From the NCBI GenBank assembly GCA_038046185.1, contig JBBSWR010000219.1, positions 1-56,311 of the forward strand: a stretch of 56,311 nucleotides of DNA, read 5' to 3'. Each line of letters starts with the position of its first letter. The stretch's first letter is position 1. The DNA comes from Nanobdellota archaeon. GTDB taxonomy: Archaea > Nanobdellota > Nanobdellia > Woesearchaeales > GW2011-AR4. Both the position numbers and the translations under genes were made by a program. This document shows, piece by piece, positions 30,339 to 38,759 of this stretch. The notes below the pieces were generated by a model. That model ran no database searches. It was not told the origin of the DNA and saw only the letters and a list, made by a program, of their open reading frames with translations.

Positions 30339-31904
30339 ATGAAAAAAACAGATTCTATTTTTGTATTAAAAATTAATTCAGTGTTAAAAGAAAATATTCA
30401 AGAAATCATCAAATTTGAAATAAAGAGGATAGAGTATCACTTTTCTAAATCAATTCATATATGGGATCCTGATAATATCTTACAAAATATCCTAGAATAT
30501 TCTTCAATCAAAAGTTCAACAGAAGCAGAATTAAATAATTTTTTAAAATCTAAAAGAGATCAAGTGTTTTTTTTCATAGAATCAATAAATCCATTTTTAG
30601 ATGATAAATTTGTAAAACAATTAACTCTGGAAAATATACGAGGAGTATCATCAATAGAAAATGCAATTCCAGGTACTTGTCCCACATTTATAATACAATA
30701 CAAGAGTTTAATGGAAAAAATAGCTAAAAAAAATTGGTGGTCTACATTAAAATCAAATAATATACTATATTGGAATACACAAAGACAAAATAATAATCAA
30801 TTTAATCTAAATCGTCCATTAAGAATAAAAATTTTCTTGGGTTTATTGAAAAAAATATCAAATCTTGAGAAGATGTCTTTAGAAAAAATTTTAAAAATAT
30901 TAGATAGTAATGAAATATATAATTTTATTTTAGATTATGCAGTAACAGGACTACATACAAAAGAGATCAGAAAATGTCCACATTGCAAAAGCAATGAATT
31001 AACAAAATTGTTTTTGACAACTAGTCAACCTATGATTGGTTTTCTTTCATCAAAAAAACCGTTATACTATGAATGCAGAAACTGTGGTCTAGTAACACTA
31101 AGAAAACAATGTGCTATGAAAGATGTACATTTACTTTACGATGAATTTGAAAGACCTAAAAATGATGAAAGACAACTAATAGAAAATTATTTAAAAAATA
31201 AAGGCGAATCTCATTTTAAAGAAAAAATACGGGCGCTAGAATTACTTGAGAAAACAGCACCTAAAAAAACATGTATGATAGATCTTGGAGGCGGATTTGG
31301 TGAGTTTTCAAGTATGGCAAAAAAAAGAAACCTGAAGTGGGATGTAACATGTGCAGATTTTAATTTGGATCATGTGAAGAAAATCCTTCATGAGAAAAAA
31401 GTTTCTGTTATGAATGTCAATTTTCTACAAAATAGTTTTGGCAAAAATTATGATGTGATTACTTCATTACATGTAATAGAACATATTCCGTTTGAAGGAC
31501 TAGAATTGTATCTAAATAATATTCATAGTGCATTAAATGATAATGGATATTTTCTATTGTCTACACCTGATTATAATTCATCTTTGGGAAGAATGTTTGA
31601 TTATCATATGATGTATCCGCCACATCATCAGACAATTCTTTCAAGTCAATGGATTACAGAATATCTTCTAAAGAAAAAATTATTTAAAAAGATAGAGCAG
31701 ACATCAGCTTGTGTAATATTAGAAAATTATGATGATTGGTTTTCATATTATAAAGAAACTGCACCAACACAAGAATCAAAAGCAGTTGTAAAAATTTTTG
31801 ATGTAATATATAAGAATAAAAAAATGTTTAAGGAGTTAGAAAATACCCTAAGTGAAAAAAATAAAGGTTCAGAAACAATAATTCTTTTTAAAAAAATATC
31901 TTAA
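30339..31904 (+). CDS. Fusion protein: unassigned about 200-aa N-terminal region + Cys4 Zn-ribbon + class I SAM-dependent methyltransferase
   Basis: CPHCKSNEL...CRNCGLV ribbon, MIDLGGGFGEFS SAM motif I, YDVITSLHVIEHI motif. I recognise nothing in the N-terminal 200 aa. Confidence 0.65.
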   Translation: MKKTDSIFVLKINSVLKENIQEIIKFEIKRIEYHFSKSIHIWDPDNILQNILEYSSIKSSTEAELNNFLKSKRDQVFFFIESINPFLDDKFVKQLTLENIRGVSSIENAIPGTCPTFIIQYKSLMEKIAKKNWWSTLKSNNILYWNTQRQNNNQFNLNRPLRIKIFLGLLKKISNLEKMSLEKILKILDSNEIYNFILDYAVTGLHTKEIRKCPHCKSNELTKLFLTTSQPMIGFLSSKKPLYYECRNCGLVTLRKQCAMKDVHLLYDEFERPKNDERQLIENYLKNKGESHFKEKIRALELLEKTAPKKTCMIDLGGGFGEFSSMAKKRNLKWDVTCADFNLDHVKKILHEKKVSVMNVNFLQNSFGKNYDVITSLHVIEHIPFEGLELYLNNIHSALNDNGYFLLSTPDYNSSLGRMFDYHMMYPPHHQTILSSQWITEYLLKKKLFKKIEQTSACVILENYDDWFSYYKETAPTQESKAVVKIFDVIYKNKKMFKELENTLSEKNKGSETIILFKKIS

Positions 31905-31942
31905 ACATATGAGATTAAATACATCAACAGGCATGAAATATC

Positions 31943-33064
31943 ATGAGATATTGCTCAAAATGCTTAATGCCTGATACTAGACCAGGAATAAGATTTGTTG
32001 ACGGAGTATGTGTTGCATGCATACATTATGAAAAAAGCAAAAATACAGATTGGGTAAAAAGAATGAACGAGTTTAAACAATTATGTGATAAACATAGAAA
32101 CAGTAATGGTGATAATTATGATTGCGCAATAGCAGTTTCAGGTGGAAAAGACTCTCATTTCCAGGTTCATTATATGAAAGAAGTGATGAAAATGAATCCA
32201 CTTCTTTTATCAGTTGGAAATATTGATTGGACAGATACTGGTAGAAAAAATTTAGAGAATATATCAGAAGTATTTGGGTGTGATGTGATAATGTTACATC
32301 CTAATAGAAAAATTGCAAAAAAAATGTTCAAAAAAGCTTTTGAGAAATTAGGTTCACCATCATGGTATCTAGATTATCAAATGTATTCATTTCCGGTTAG
32401 AATGTGCATAAAATTAGGATTAAAACTTCTGGTTTACGGAGAAGATGTCAATTATACTTATGGTGGAAAATATGATGAAGAAACACCATCAGCAATGTTA
32501 CAGCCACTTAATGACGTATCCAAACCAGTTTGGAAAGAATGGTTTGAAGATGGAGAAATTAATGAAAAAGATATGAATTCAATAATACAACCAACATTAG
32601 AAGAATGTAAAGCAGTAGGATTAGAACCAATTTATTTAAGCTATTTTGTTCCTTGGAATTCTCATCATAATTTTCAGGTTGCTCAGAAATTAGGATTTAG
32701 GCATTTAGGTCATGAGCATGAGAGAGAAGGATCAATTGACAATTATGATCAAATAGATTCAATCAGCTATTTGTTAAATCCTTATATGAAATATCTAAAG
32801 TTTGGGCATGCGGTAGCAACAGACAATGCATCAAGATGGATAAGATATGGAATGAAAACTCGTGAAGAGATGATCCCAATTGTGGAAGAGAAAGATGGTA
32901 AACTAGATCAAGACATTGTTGAAAAATTTTGTGAATTTATAGGTCTTAGCGTAGTAGAATTTTGGAAAATTATGGATAAATGGTATAACAAAGAACTATT
33001 TGAACAAGATAGAGATGGAATTTGGCACCCTAAATTTAGGGTTGGTACTGGATTAATCAAATAA
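31943..33064 (+). CDS. N-acetyl sugar amidotransferase (PP-loop ATPase; WbuX/WbpG/PseA/PtmG family)
   Basis: MRYCSKCLMPDTRPGIRFVDGVCVACIHY N-terminal Zn-ribbon plus AVSGGKDS PP-loop motif. Confidence 0.8.
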   Translation: MRYCSKCLMPDTRPGIRFVDGVCVACIHYEKSKNTDWVKRMNEFKQLCDKHRNSNGDNYDCAIAVSGGKDSHFQVHYMKEVMKMNPLLLSVGNIDWTDTGRKNLENISEVFGCDVIMLHPNRKIAKKMFKKAFEKLGSPSWYLDYQMYSFPVRMCIKLGLKLLVYGEDVNYTYGGKYDEETPSAMLQPLNDVSKPVWKEWFEDGEINEKDMNSIIQPTLEECKAVGLEPIYLSYFVPWNSHHNFQVAQKLGFRHLGHEHEREGSIDNYDQIDSISYLLNPYMKYLKFGHAVATDNASRWIRYGMKTREEMIPIVEEKDGKLDQDIVEKFCEFIGLSVVEFWKIMDKWYNKELFEQDRDGIWHPKFRVGTGLIK

Positions 33065-33072
33065 TCATATTT

Positions 33073-34218
33073 ATGAAAAAAATAAAGATTATAGTCTCTA
33101 CTGGGACAAGAGCTGATTATGGAATCTTAAGATCCTTGTTAAAAAAAATTAGTCAAAGTAGAAAATTTCAATTAATTTTAATTGTGACAGGCTCACATTT
33201 ATCTAGAAATCATGGAAATACTATTGAAGAAATTAGAAAAGATGGATTTAAAATAAGTGCAAAAATAAACATAGTTCCAAAAAAAGATGATGGTTTTAAC
33301 ACTTCAATGTCAATAGGTAAAGGAGTTATTGAGTTTTCCAAATGCTTTAAAAAATTACAGCCAGATTTGAATATAATAATTGGAGATAGGTATGAAATGC
33401 TATCTTCTGCAATAGCGGCATATCATCAAAATATACCAAATGTGCATATTCATGGTGGAGATAAATCAGGAGGATTGGACGAATATACGAGACATGCCAT
33501 AACTAAAATATCAAATATTCATTTTGCTGCAACAAAAAAGAGTGCAACTAGGATTAAAAAAATGGGTGAAAATCCAAAATATATCATTCAAACAGGTTCA
33601 TTAAGCATAGATGAAGTCATTGAAAATAAGATATCAAGTTTAGAAGAATTAAATTTAAAATATGATTTGAATTTAACAGGAAATGAAATTATAGTTCTTC
33701 AGCATCCAGATACAACAGAGCCAGATAAAAGCAAAGAACAAATGCTTTCTACGTTAAGAGCAGTAATCAAAACAAAACATAATGCAATAATTATTGGACC
33801 AAATATAGATACAGGTAATAATTCCATAAATAAAATAATACAAAAATTTACAAAGTATAATTCAATAAAGTTTTTTAGATCATTACCAAGAGAAGATTAT
33901 TTGGGTTTGCTGAAGAATTGTAAAGTGTTAGTAGGGAATTCTAGTAGTGGAATTATAGAATCATCACTTTTTAAAATTCCAGTCATAAACATAGGAGATA
34001 GGCAAAAAGGACGAGAGAGAGGACCAAATGTGATGGATGTTACAAGATTTTCTCAAAAATTAATTTCTACTGCACTTAAAAAAGCTCTTTTGATGCAAAA
34101 GTCAACTCTTAGAATTAGACATGTGTATGGAAATGGCTTAGCTGCAAAAAAGATCATTCAGTATTTAGAGAAAATAAATATCGATCATAAACTACTTAAG
34201 AAAGAGATTACATATTGA
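33073..34218 (+). CDS. Hydrolysing nucleotide-HexNAc 2-epimerase (NeuC/LegG family)
   Basis: KIIVSTGTRADYGILRSLL, IGDRYEMLSSAIAA, HIHGGD and GNSSSGIIES motifs, typical of NeuC-type epimerases. Confidence 0.8.
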   Translation: MKKIKIIVSTGTRADYGILRSLLKKISQSRKFQLILIVTGSHLSRNHGNTIEEIRKDGFKISAKINIVPKKDDGFNTSMSIGKGVIEFSKCFKKLQPDLNIIIGDRYEMLSSAIAAYHQNIPNVHIHGGDKSGGLDEYTRHAITKISNIHFAATKKSATRIKKMGENPKYIIQTGSLSIDEVIENKISSLEELNLKYDLNLTGNEIIVLQHPDTTEPDKSKEQMLSTLRAVIKTKHNAIIIGPNIDTGNNSINKIIQKFTKYNSIKFFRSLPREDYLGLLKNCKVLVGNSSSGIIESSLFKIPVINIGDRQKGRERGPNVMDVTRFSQKLISTALKKALLMQKSTLRIRHVYGNGLAAKKIIQYLEKINIDHKLLKKEITY

Positions 34219-34227
34219 GGATAAAAA

Positions 34228-34644
34228 TTGACTAAAGATAATTGGAAAAAACCAATCATAAAACACGCAAAACTTACAAAATATAACTATATTGTACAAT
34301 ATCCAGAAAATCTAAAGATGGGTAGAAATTTTGATATTGGTTCATTTACCTACATCAATAGTCAATATGGTGTAGAAATTGGAGATTATGTTCAAATTGG
34401 CTCTCATTGTTCAATCTATTCTAATTCAACCATAGATAAAAAAAATGGTCCAGTAATTCTAAAAAGAAATTGTAAAATTGGGACACATAGTACTATAATG
34501 CCAAATGTCGCTATTGGAGAAAATTCGATTATAGCTGCATATTCATTTGTAAATAGAAATGTATCTGATAATGAAATTTGGGGAGGAGTCCCTGTAAGAT
34601 TTTTAAAGAAAATTTCAAAAAAAGATCTTATTCAAGACAATTAA
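34228..34644 (+). CDS. Left-handed beta-helix (hexapeptide-repeat) acetyltransferase
   Basis: TTG start. Repeated [LIV]-G-x4 hexapeptide pattern (VEIGDYVQIGSHCSIY...CKIGTHSTIMPNVAIGENSIIAA); 138 aa. Confidence 0.75.
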   Translation: MTKDNWKKPIIKHAKLTKYNYIVQYPENLKMGRNFDIGSFTYINSQYGVEIGDYVQIGSHCSIYSNSTIDKKNGPVILKRNCKIGTHSTIMPNVAIGENSIIAAYSFVNRNVSDNEIWGGVPVRFLKKISKKDLIQDN

Positions 34645-34713
34645 TGATGGTTTTATGTAATTTAATAAAATGAAACGATGCATATCAAATCATTAGTTAA
34701 ATAATATATGACA

Positions 34714-35295
34714 TTAATTTCCATGATGGATTTTATAGACAAATGTATTGGTGTTATTGGAATGATAAAGTAGTTCAAAGTATGGAGGAAGACTATCAGG
34801 ATGTTCTAAAATTGATACATCAGCATAGAAAGTTGGTTTTTGAAACCAAGTAGTATTATTATCATAAGGAATTTTACGATAAATTACATAGTCTGGAATT
34901 GGATTAAACAAATCATTCTTATCTCTAGGATAGCTGTGAATATTAGAAATATAACGATCATATTCGGACCAATTTTTTCTTTTTATGAAATCATGTATTG
35001 AATCGGAGGGTATTCCCTCACGAAAATCGGTATAAAGGAACTTTCCTCCTGAATAGTATGCATAATTTACTAATTCTGCCATTATGTAACTATTTTCAAT
35101 ATTAGATTGATTTTTGAGTAAATTTCCTATGAATTGATATTCATTTACAGAGTTTTCAAATTTTGGTTGTAAGATCTTGGAAAATTCAGATTCAATGGAT
35201 TCAAAGCTATCTCCATACAGAGTAGATGTGAAAAGCTTGTATGAAAATCCAATATTAAGAAGTATTATTATAGAAATTAAAATTATTATTTTCAA
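34714..35295 (-). CDS. TM-anchored extracytoplasmic domain; equivalent to the C-terminal third of the 655-aa GT-C-like protein at 46561..48528
   Basis: TTG start overlapping the upstream TGA (TTGA). NIENSYIMAE...KRKNWSEYDRYISNIHSYPRD...PIPDYVIYR...FELLYHSNNTNTFVYKIHH aligns with ENIENKYVMAR...SRKNWSSYDIYISNIFSFPND...PIPDYIVYQ...FEFLYKSNKTGSVLYKIHH. Confidence 0.7.
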   Translation of the reverse strand: MKIIILISIIILLNIGFSYKLFTSTLYGDSFESIESEFSKILQPKFENSVNEYQFIGNLLKNQSNIENSYIMAELVNYAYYSGGKFLYTDFREGIPSDSIHDFIKRKNWSEYDRYISNIHSYPRDKNDLFNPIPDYVIYRKIPYDNNTTWFQKPTFYADVSILEHPDSLPPYFELLYHSNNTNTFVYKIHHGN

Positions 35296-36614
35296 ATAGT
35301 TTTTTCCCCCTTAGATTTTTTAGTAAAAATTTTGGGTAAAAATTCAATGAGAAAAATTGAATTCAAAATAGAGAAAGGTAATAAAAGAAGTAAAAAATGA
35401 TATGAACGATAGACAGGAATTACTGATAGGAAAGCGAATAATACGACTGATAGAATTAACAATGGAAGAAAATTTGTTTTAATTTTATTTATGGAAAGTA
35501 TTCCTAATGACAACAAAGGAATAAACAGGATAGCAAAATAATGTTCTGAAAATTCTCCAAATAATAACACTAAGAAAAAAACAATACCTAAAATAATTAG
35601 GCTTATCAAGCTTCGTTTATCATTTGAAACTTTTGCAACATAAAAAAAACCCAATGTTACTGTAATAAATCCAATAAAAGGAATTAGAGGTATTAGAGAG
35701 AGATTATCAAAAGTTCCAAAATTAAAAATCTTATTTGGATTATGAGAAAATATGTTAAAAAGATAATTTTTCAAAAATAAATTTGGATCATTAAAGAATA
35801 GTGTAGAAATTCCTTCAGTTCGAAGTTCTTGGACAGATTCATGCCATTCAGGGGTTTGATATTTGAATAAAGCCAATAAATAGAAACTAGTATCATTTTC
35901 CATAGGATTGTTATAAGTAAGATAATTGTAAATTAACATAGGACTAGCAGATATTACAAAAATCAGAGTAAGAATTACAGAATAAGTAAGATTTTGACGA
36001 TGATTCTTATTTCGTAAGAATAAGAAAATGAGAATTCCTAGAACTATGAATATAGATTGATAACGCATCATAAATGATAAACCAAGAAGTAAACCAATAA
36101 TGGCAACATGAGAATTTTTTAAATGTTCTTTTGTTAAAAAATATAAGCTTAGAGTGATTGTAGCAATTGGCATTAATTCGTTAAGTGCAGAAAAAGAAAG
36201 AAATTGAAACCTTGGATTAATTGCTATGAAAACTTGAGAAAGAATTGCAATTTTAGAATTAAATATATTTTTGACAATGAAATAAGAGACTAGTACAATT
36301 ACAGTACCACTGATTAGAGAAAGACCTTTAGCAATTTCAAAAGGTTTTGCAAAGAAATGGTTTAACACTTCATAAATTATTGAAGTTCCAAATGGTGCAC
36401 CTATAATTTGAATATTTTGTGCATTTCCATCAAAAAATTCCTTTCCATTGTAATAATAGTAGATGCCATCTTGTTCTGACCAAACTGTATGATGAAAAAA
36501 ATCGATATATAGCATTGAAAAAAAGAAGATCATTGTAATAATAAGTGGCAATTTATTACTTGAGAAAAAATTTGAGATGAAAGAATGGTTAATAGATGGT
36601 TGTATAAAATTCAA
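35292..36614 (-). CDS. GT-C-like polytopic membrane glycosyltransferase, TM module; equivalent to the N-terminal two thirds of 46561..48528
   Basis: FFHHTVWSEQDGIYYYYNG...AILSQVFIAINPRFQFLS...KYQTPEWHE aligns with FFHHPYWFETDGILYYNWG...ALLGQLFVAINPRLHLLS...KYQTPEWQE. Acidic first-loop motif and many TM segments. Confidence 0.65.
   Translation of the reverse strand: MNFIQPSINHSFISNFFSSNKLPLIITMIFFFSMLYIDFFHHTVWSEQDGIYYYYNGKEFFDGNAQNIQIIGAPFGTSIIYEVLNHFFAKPFEIAKGLSLISGTVIVLVSYFIVKNIFNSKIAILSQVFIAINPRFQFLSFSALNELMPIATITLSLYFLTKEHLKNSHVAIIGLLLGLSFMMRYQSIFIVLGILIFLFLRNKNHRQNLTYSVILTLIFVISASPMLIYNYLTYNNPMENDTSFYLLALFKYQTPEWHESVQELRTEGISTLFFNDPNLFLKNYLFNIFSHNPNKIFNFGTFDNLSLIPLIPFIGFITVTLGFFYVAKVSNDKRSLISLIILGIVFFLVLLFGEFSEHYFAILFIPLLSLGILSINKIKTNFLPLLILSVVLFAFLSVIPVYRSYHFLLLLLPFSILNSIFLIEFLPKIFTKKSKGEKTI
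35300..35310. repeat. T6C5 (G5A6 on the coding strand) homopolymer pair immediately upstream of the GT-C split point
   Basis: Plus strand reads t(6)c(5) at 35300-35310. The coding strand reads aag ggg gaa aaa act att tga, with the downstream ORF open in the -1 frame from ggg gga aaa aac tat ttg. Confidence 0.9.
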
Positions 36615-36618
36615 ATCG

Positions 36619-37725
36619 TCACATATCCATTAATTTAATCTCTTTAGCTTTTTTGACATAGGATAAGATACAATTTTCTGAATAAGGAATAATTTCCTTA
36701 GGATTATTATAGAATGTTTTGTACCAATTAACAGTTTCAGAAATGGTAGTTTTCAAATCAAATACAGATTTCCAATACAATTTTTTTGAAGCTTTTTGAG
36801 AATTTAGAAGAAGGAATTTGGACTCTTTGAAGGATAATTCAGTTTTTGAGGTTTTCCATTCACCTGAGCCCCAATTTTTGATTACCATATCAACCACATT
36901 TTTGACTTTTGTAGGTTTGCGAATATGAGAAGGTCCAAAGTTCCATGAGTCAGCAAAGGAATAATCTGACCACATTTTTACTGTGAGTCTAAGAATTCCA
37001 GAAATAGGTTCTAAAACGTATTGAAATGGTCTTACTGAATCAGGATGTCTTAAAAAAACGGGTAAGTTTTGGGAAAAATGTCTAACGCAATCAGGAATTA
37101 TTCTGTCTGAGGCCCAATCACCACCGCCAATAACATTTCCAGCACGAACCGTAGAGATTCTAGTATGTTGTTCGGTTTCAAAGAAGGATTTTTTATAAGA
37201 ATGAGTAATTATTTCTGCAGCACCTTTACTTGCACTATAAGGATCATTTCCTCCTAAAGGATCATCTTCAACATAAGCACGTGTTGATTCTAAATTTTTG
37301 TAGCATTTGTCACTAGTCATAATAATACACGACTTGACAGAAGAGTTACGAAGTGATTCTAATAGATTGGCAGTTCCCATAATATTTGTTTGAAATGTAT
37401 CAACTGGAGAGAGATATGATTCTTTTACTAATGGTTGAGCAGCTAAATGAATGACGATATCAGGATTATATTTTTTTAATAATTTTTTGATTGTTTGTAT
37501 ATCATTAATATTTCCAAAGTAATGATGAATGCTTTTTTCTAGTTGTAGAGTTTGAAAGAGAGAAGGCTGTGTAGGATAATCTAATGATAATCCAATAATT
37601 TTTGAATTTAATAGTTTTAGCCATAAAGTCAACCAAGAACCTATAAAACCGGTATGACCAGTTATCAGAATGGTTTTTTTATTAAAGAAATCTTTGAATA
37701 TCATTTCAACAATACTATTTCTCAT
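36619..37725 (-). CDS. rfbG: CDP-glucose 4,6-dehydratase
   Basis: FFNKKTILITGHTGFIGSWLTLWLKLLNSKIIGLSLDYPTQPSLF matches the RfbG N-terminal signature (VTGHTGFKGSWLxLWL...PTxPSLF). YSASKGAAE is present. Confidence 0.85.
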   Translation of the reverse strand: MRNSIVEMIFKDFFNKKTILITGHTGFIGSWLTLWLKLLNSKIIGLSLDYPTQPSLFQTLQLEKSIHHYFGNINDIQTIKKLLKKYNPDIVIHLAAQPLVKESYLSPVDTFQTNIMGTANLLESLRNSSVKSCIIMTSDKCYKNLESTRAYVEDDPLGGNDPYSASKGAAEIITHSYKKSFFETEQHTRISTVRAGNVIGGGDWASDRIIPDCVRHFSQNLPVFLRHPDSVRPFQYVLEPISGILRLTVKMWSDYSFADSWNFGPSHIRKPTKVKNVVDMVIKNWGSGEWKTSKTELSFKESKFLLLNSQKASKKLYWKSVFDLKTTISETVNWYKTFYNNPKEIIPYSENCILSYVKKAKEIKLMDM

Positions 37726-37745
37726 AGTTATCTATGTTTTATGGA

Positions 37746-38758
37746 TTACGAGTGTGAATTTCTAGTCAATTCAATTAATTCCTGTACTCTCAGACCATCT
37801 TCAAAATCAGGCTTGGAAGAAATTCCATTTTCACACCAATGAATAAATCGTTTAGCAATTGGCAAAATTGCTTTGATTCGAGGATCTTCAGTCGGATCAA
37901 CATTGATGAAATGGTTTGTGGGTAAAATAGGCTTTTTTTCATCATTTGTGGAAAGGAATAATTCAAAACCGTCTACAATATTTGTAGTCAAGTTTTGTAG
38001 AACGATATTACCCCTATTAGAGAAAAATTCTAATTTATGAATCGGAGTTCCTGAAAAAGCAATATCCAAATCTATTTGACCATAACAGCCACTTTCAAAC
38101 AGAACATTCATAGATACTCCTGTTTCTGCATGATTAACACTTTTCTTTGAATAAGAGAAGGCAGAGTCTATGGATTGAATTTTACCTAAAAAAAATTCCA
38201 TATAATGAAAAGTATGTGAACAAAAATGAGAAAGAGCTCCACCCCCTTGAGTTTTATCGGTTTTCCAAGAATTAATTCTGTTTTTCGAGTCATAGCTAAG
38301 AAATTTCCATTCAACTTTAAATTGAGAAATATTGCCTAATATGTTACTAATAAGAATTTTTTTGGTTTCTTTCCATTCTGGAATTTCTGGAAAAAGAAAA
38401 TCCATCATATTTGGCAAGCTTTTTTTTTGGCTAATTTTGTTAATTCTATGGAATCATCTAAAGAAACAGTTAATGGTTTTTCAGCAAAAACTCCAATATT
38501 ATTATCTAAAGCAAACTTGGCTATTTCGTATTGATGACTTGGAACTACTGCAACTGCAATAGCATCTGGTTTTTGTTTTTGAATCATCTCTTTCCAATTT
38601 GAATATCTTTTAACATTATATTTTGTACAGAAATTTTCCATCCTAGTTGAATTTCTTCCAGAAATACTGATTACCTCACATTCATTAATAGCACTAAATG
38701 TAGGTAAAAGACCATACATTCCAAATCCTGAACCGATTATAGCTATATTTGTAGTCAT
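37746..38758 (-). pseudogene. Gfo/Idh/MocA oxidoreductase split into two ORFs (38405..38758 Rossmann domain; 37746..38417 C-terminal domain) by a frameshift in an A9 tract
   Basis: The N-terminal ORF (IAIIGSGFGMYG...VFAEKPLT...LAKKKACQI*) stops 5 codons after the A9 run. The C-terminal ORF (QGGGALSHFCSHTFHYMEFFLG domain) is open in the -1 frame through the run. One extra A would give KKKSLPNMMDF in frame. It could instead be a sequencing error or a slippage-decoded gene. Confidence 0.65.
38420..38428. repeat. T9/A9 homopolymer at the Gfo/Idh/MocA frameshift point
   Basis: Counted directly: t at 38420 plus tttttttt at 38421-38428, flanked by c and gg. Confidence 0.95.
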
Positions 38759-38759
38759 T

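Noticed and set aside
35292-35311. A canonical programmed -1 ribosomal frameshift signal at the GT-C split.
   Set aside because: The G5A6 run does not form an X XXY YYZ slippery heptamer in the upstream reading frame, and I see no obvious downstream stem-loop. Only generic homopolymer slippage or a true gene fission remains plausible.
37654-38562. Plus-strand ORFs 37654..37842 and 38332..38562, near the frameshifted oxidoreductase.
   Set aside because: They are antisense to recognisable Gfo/Idh/MocA and RfbG coding sequence and have no motifs. They do not explain the split.
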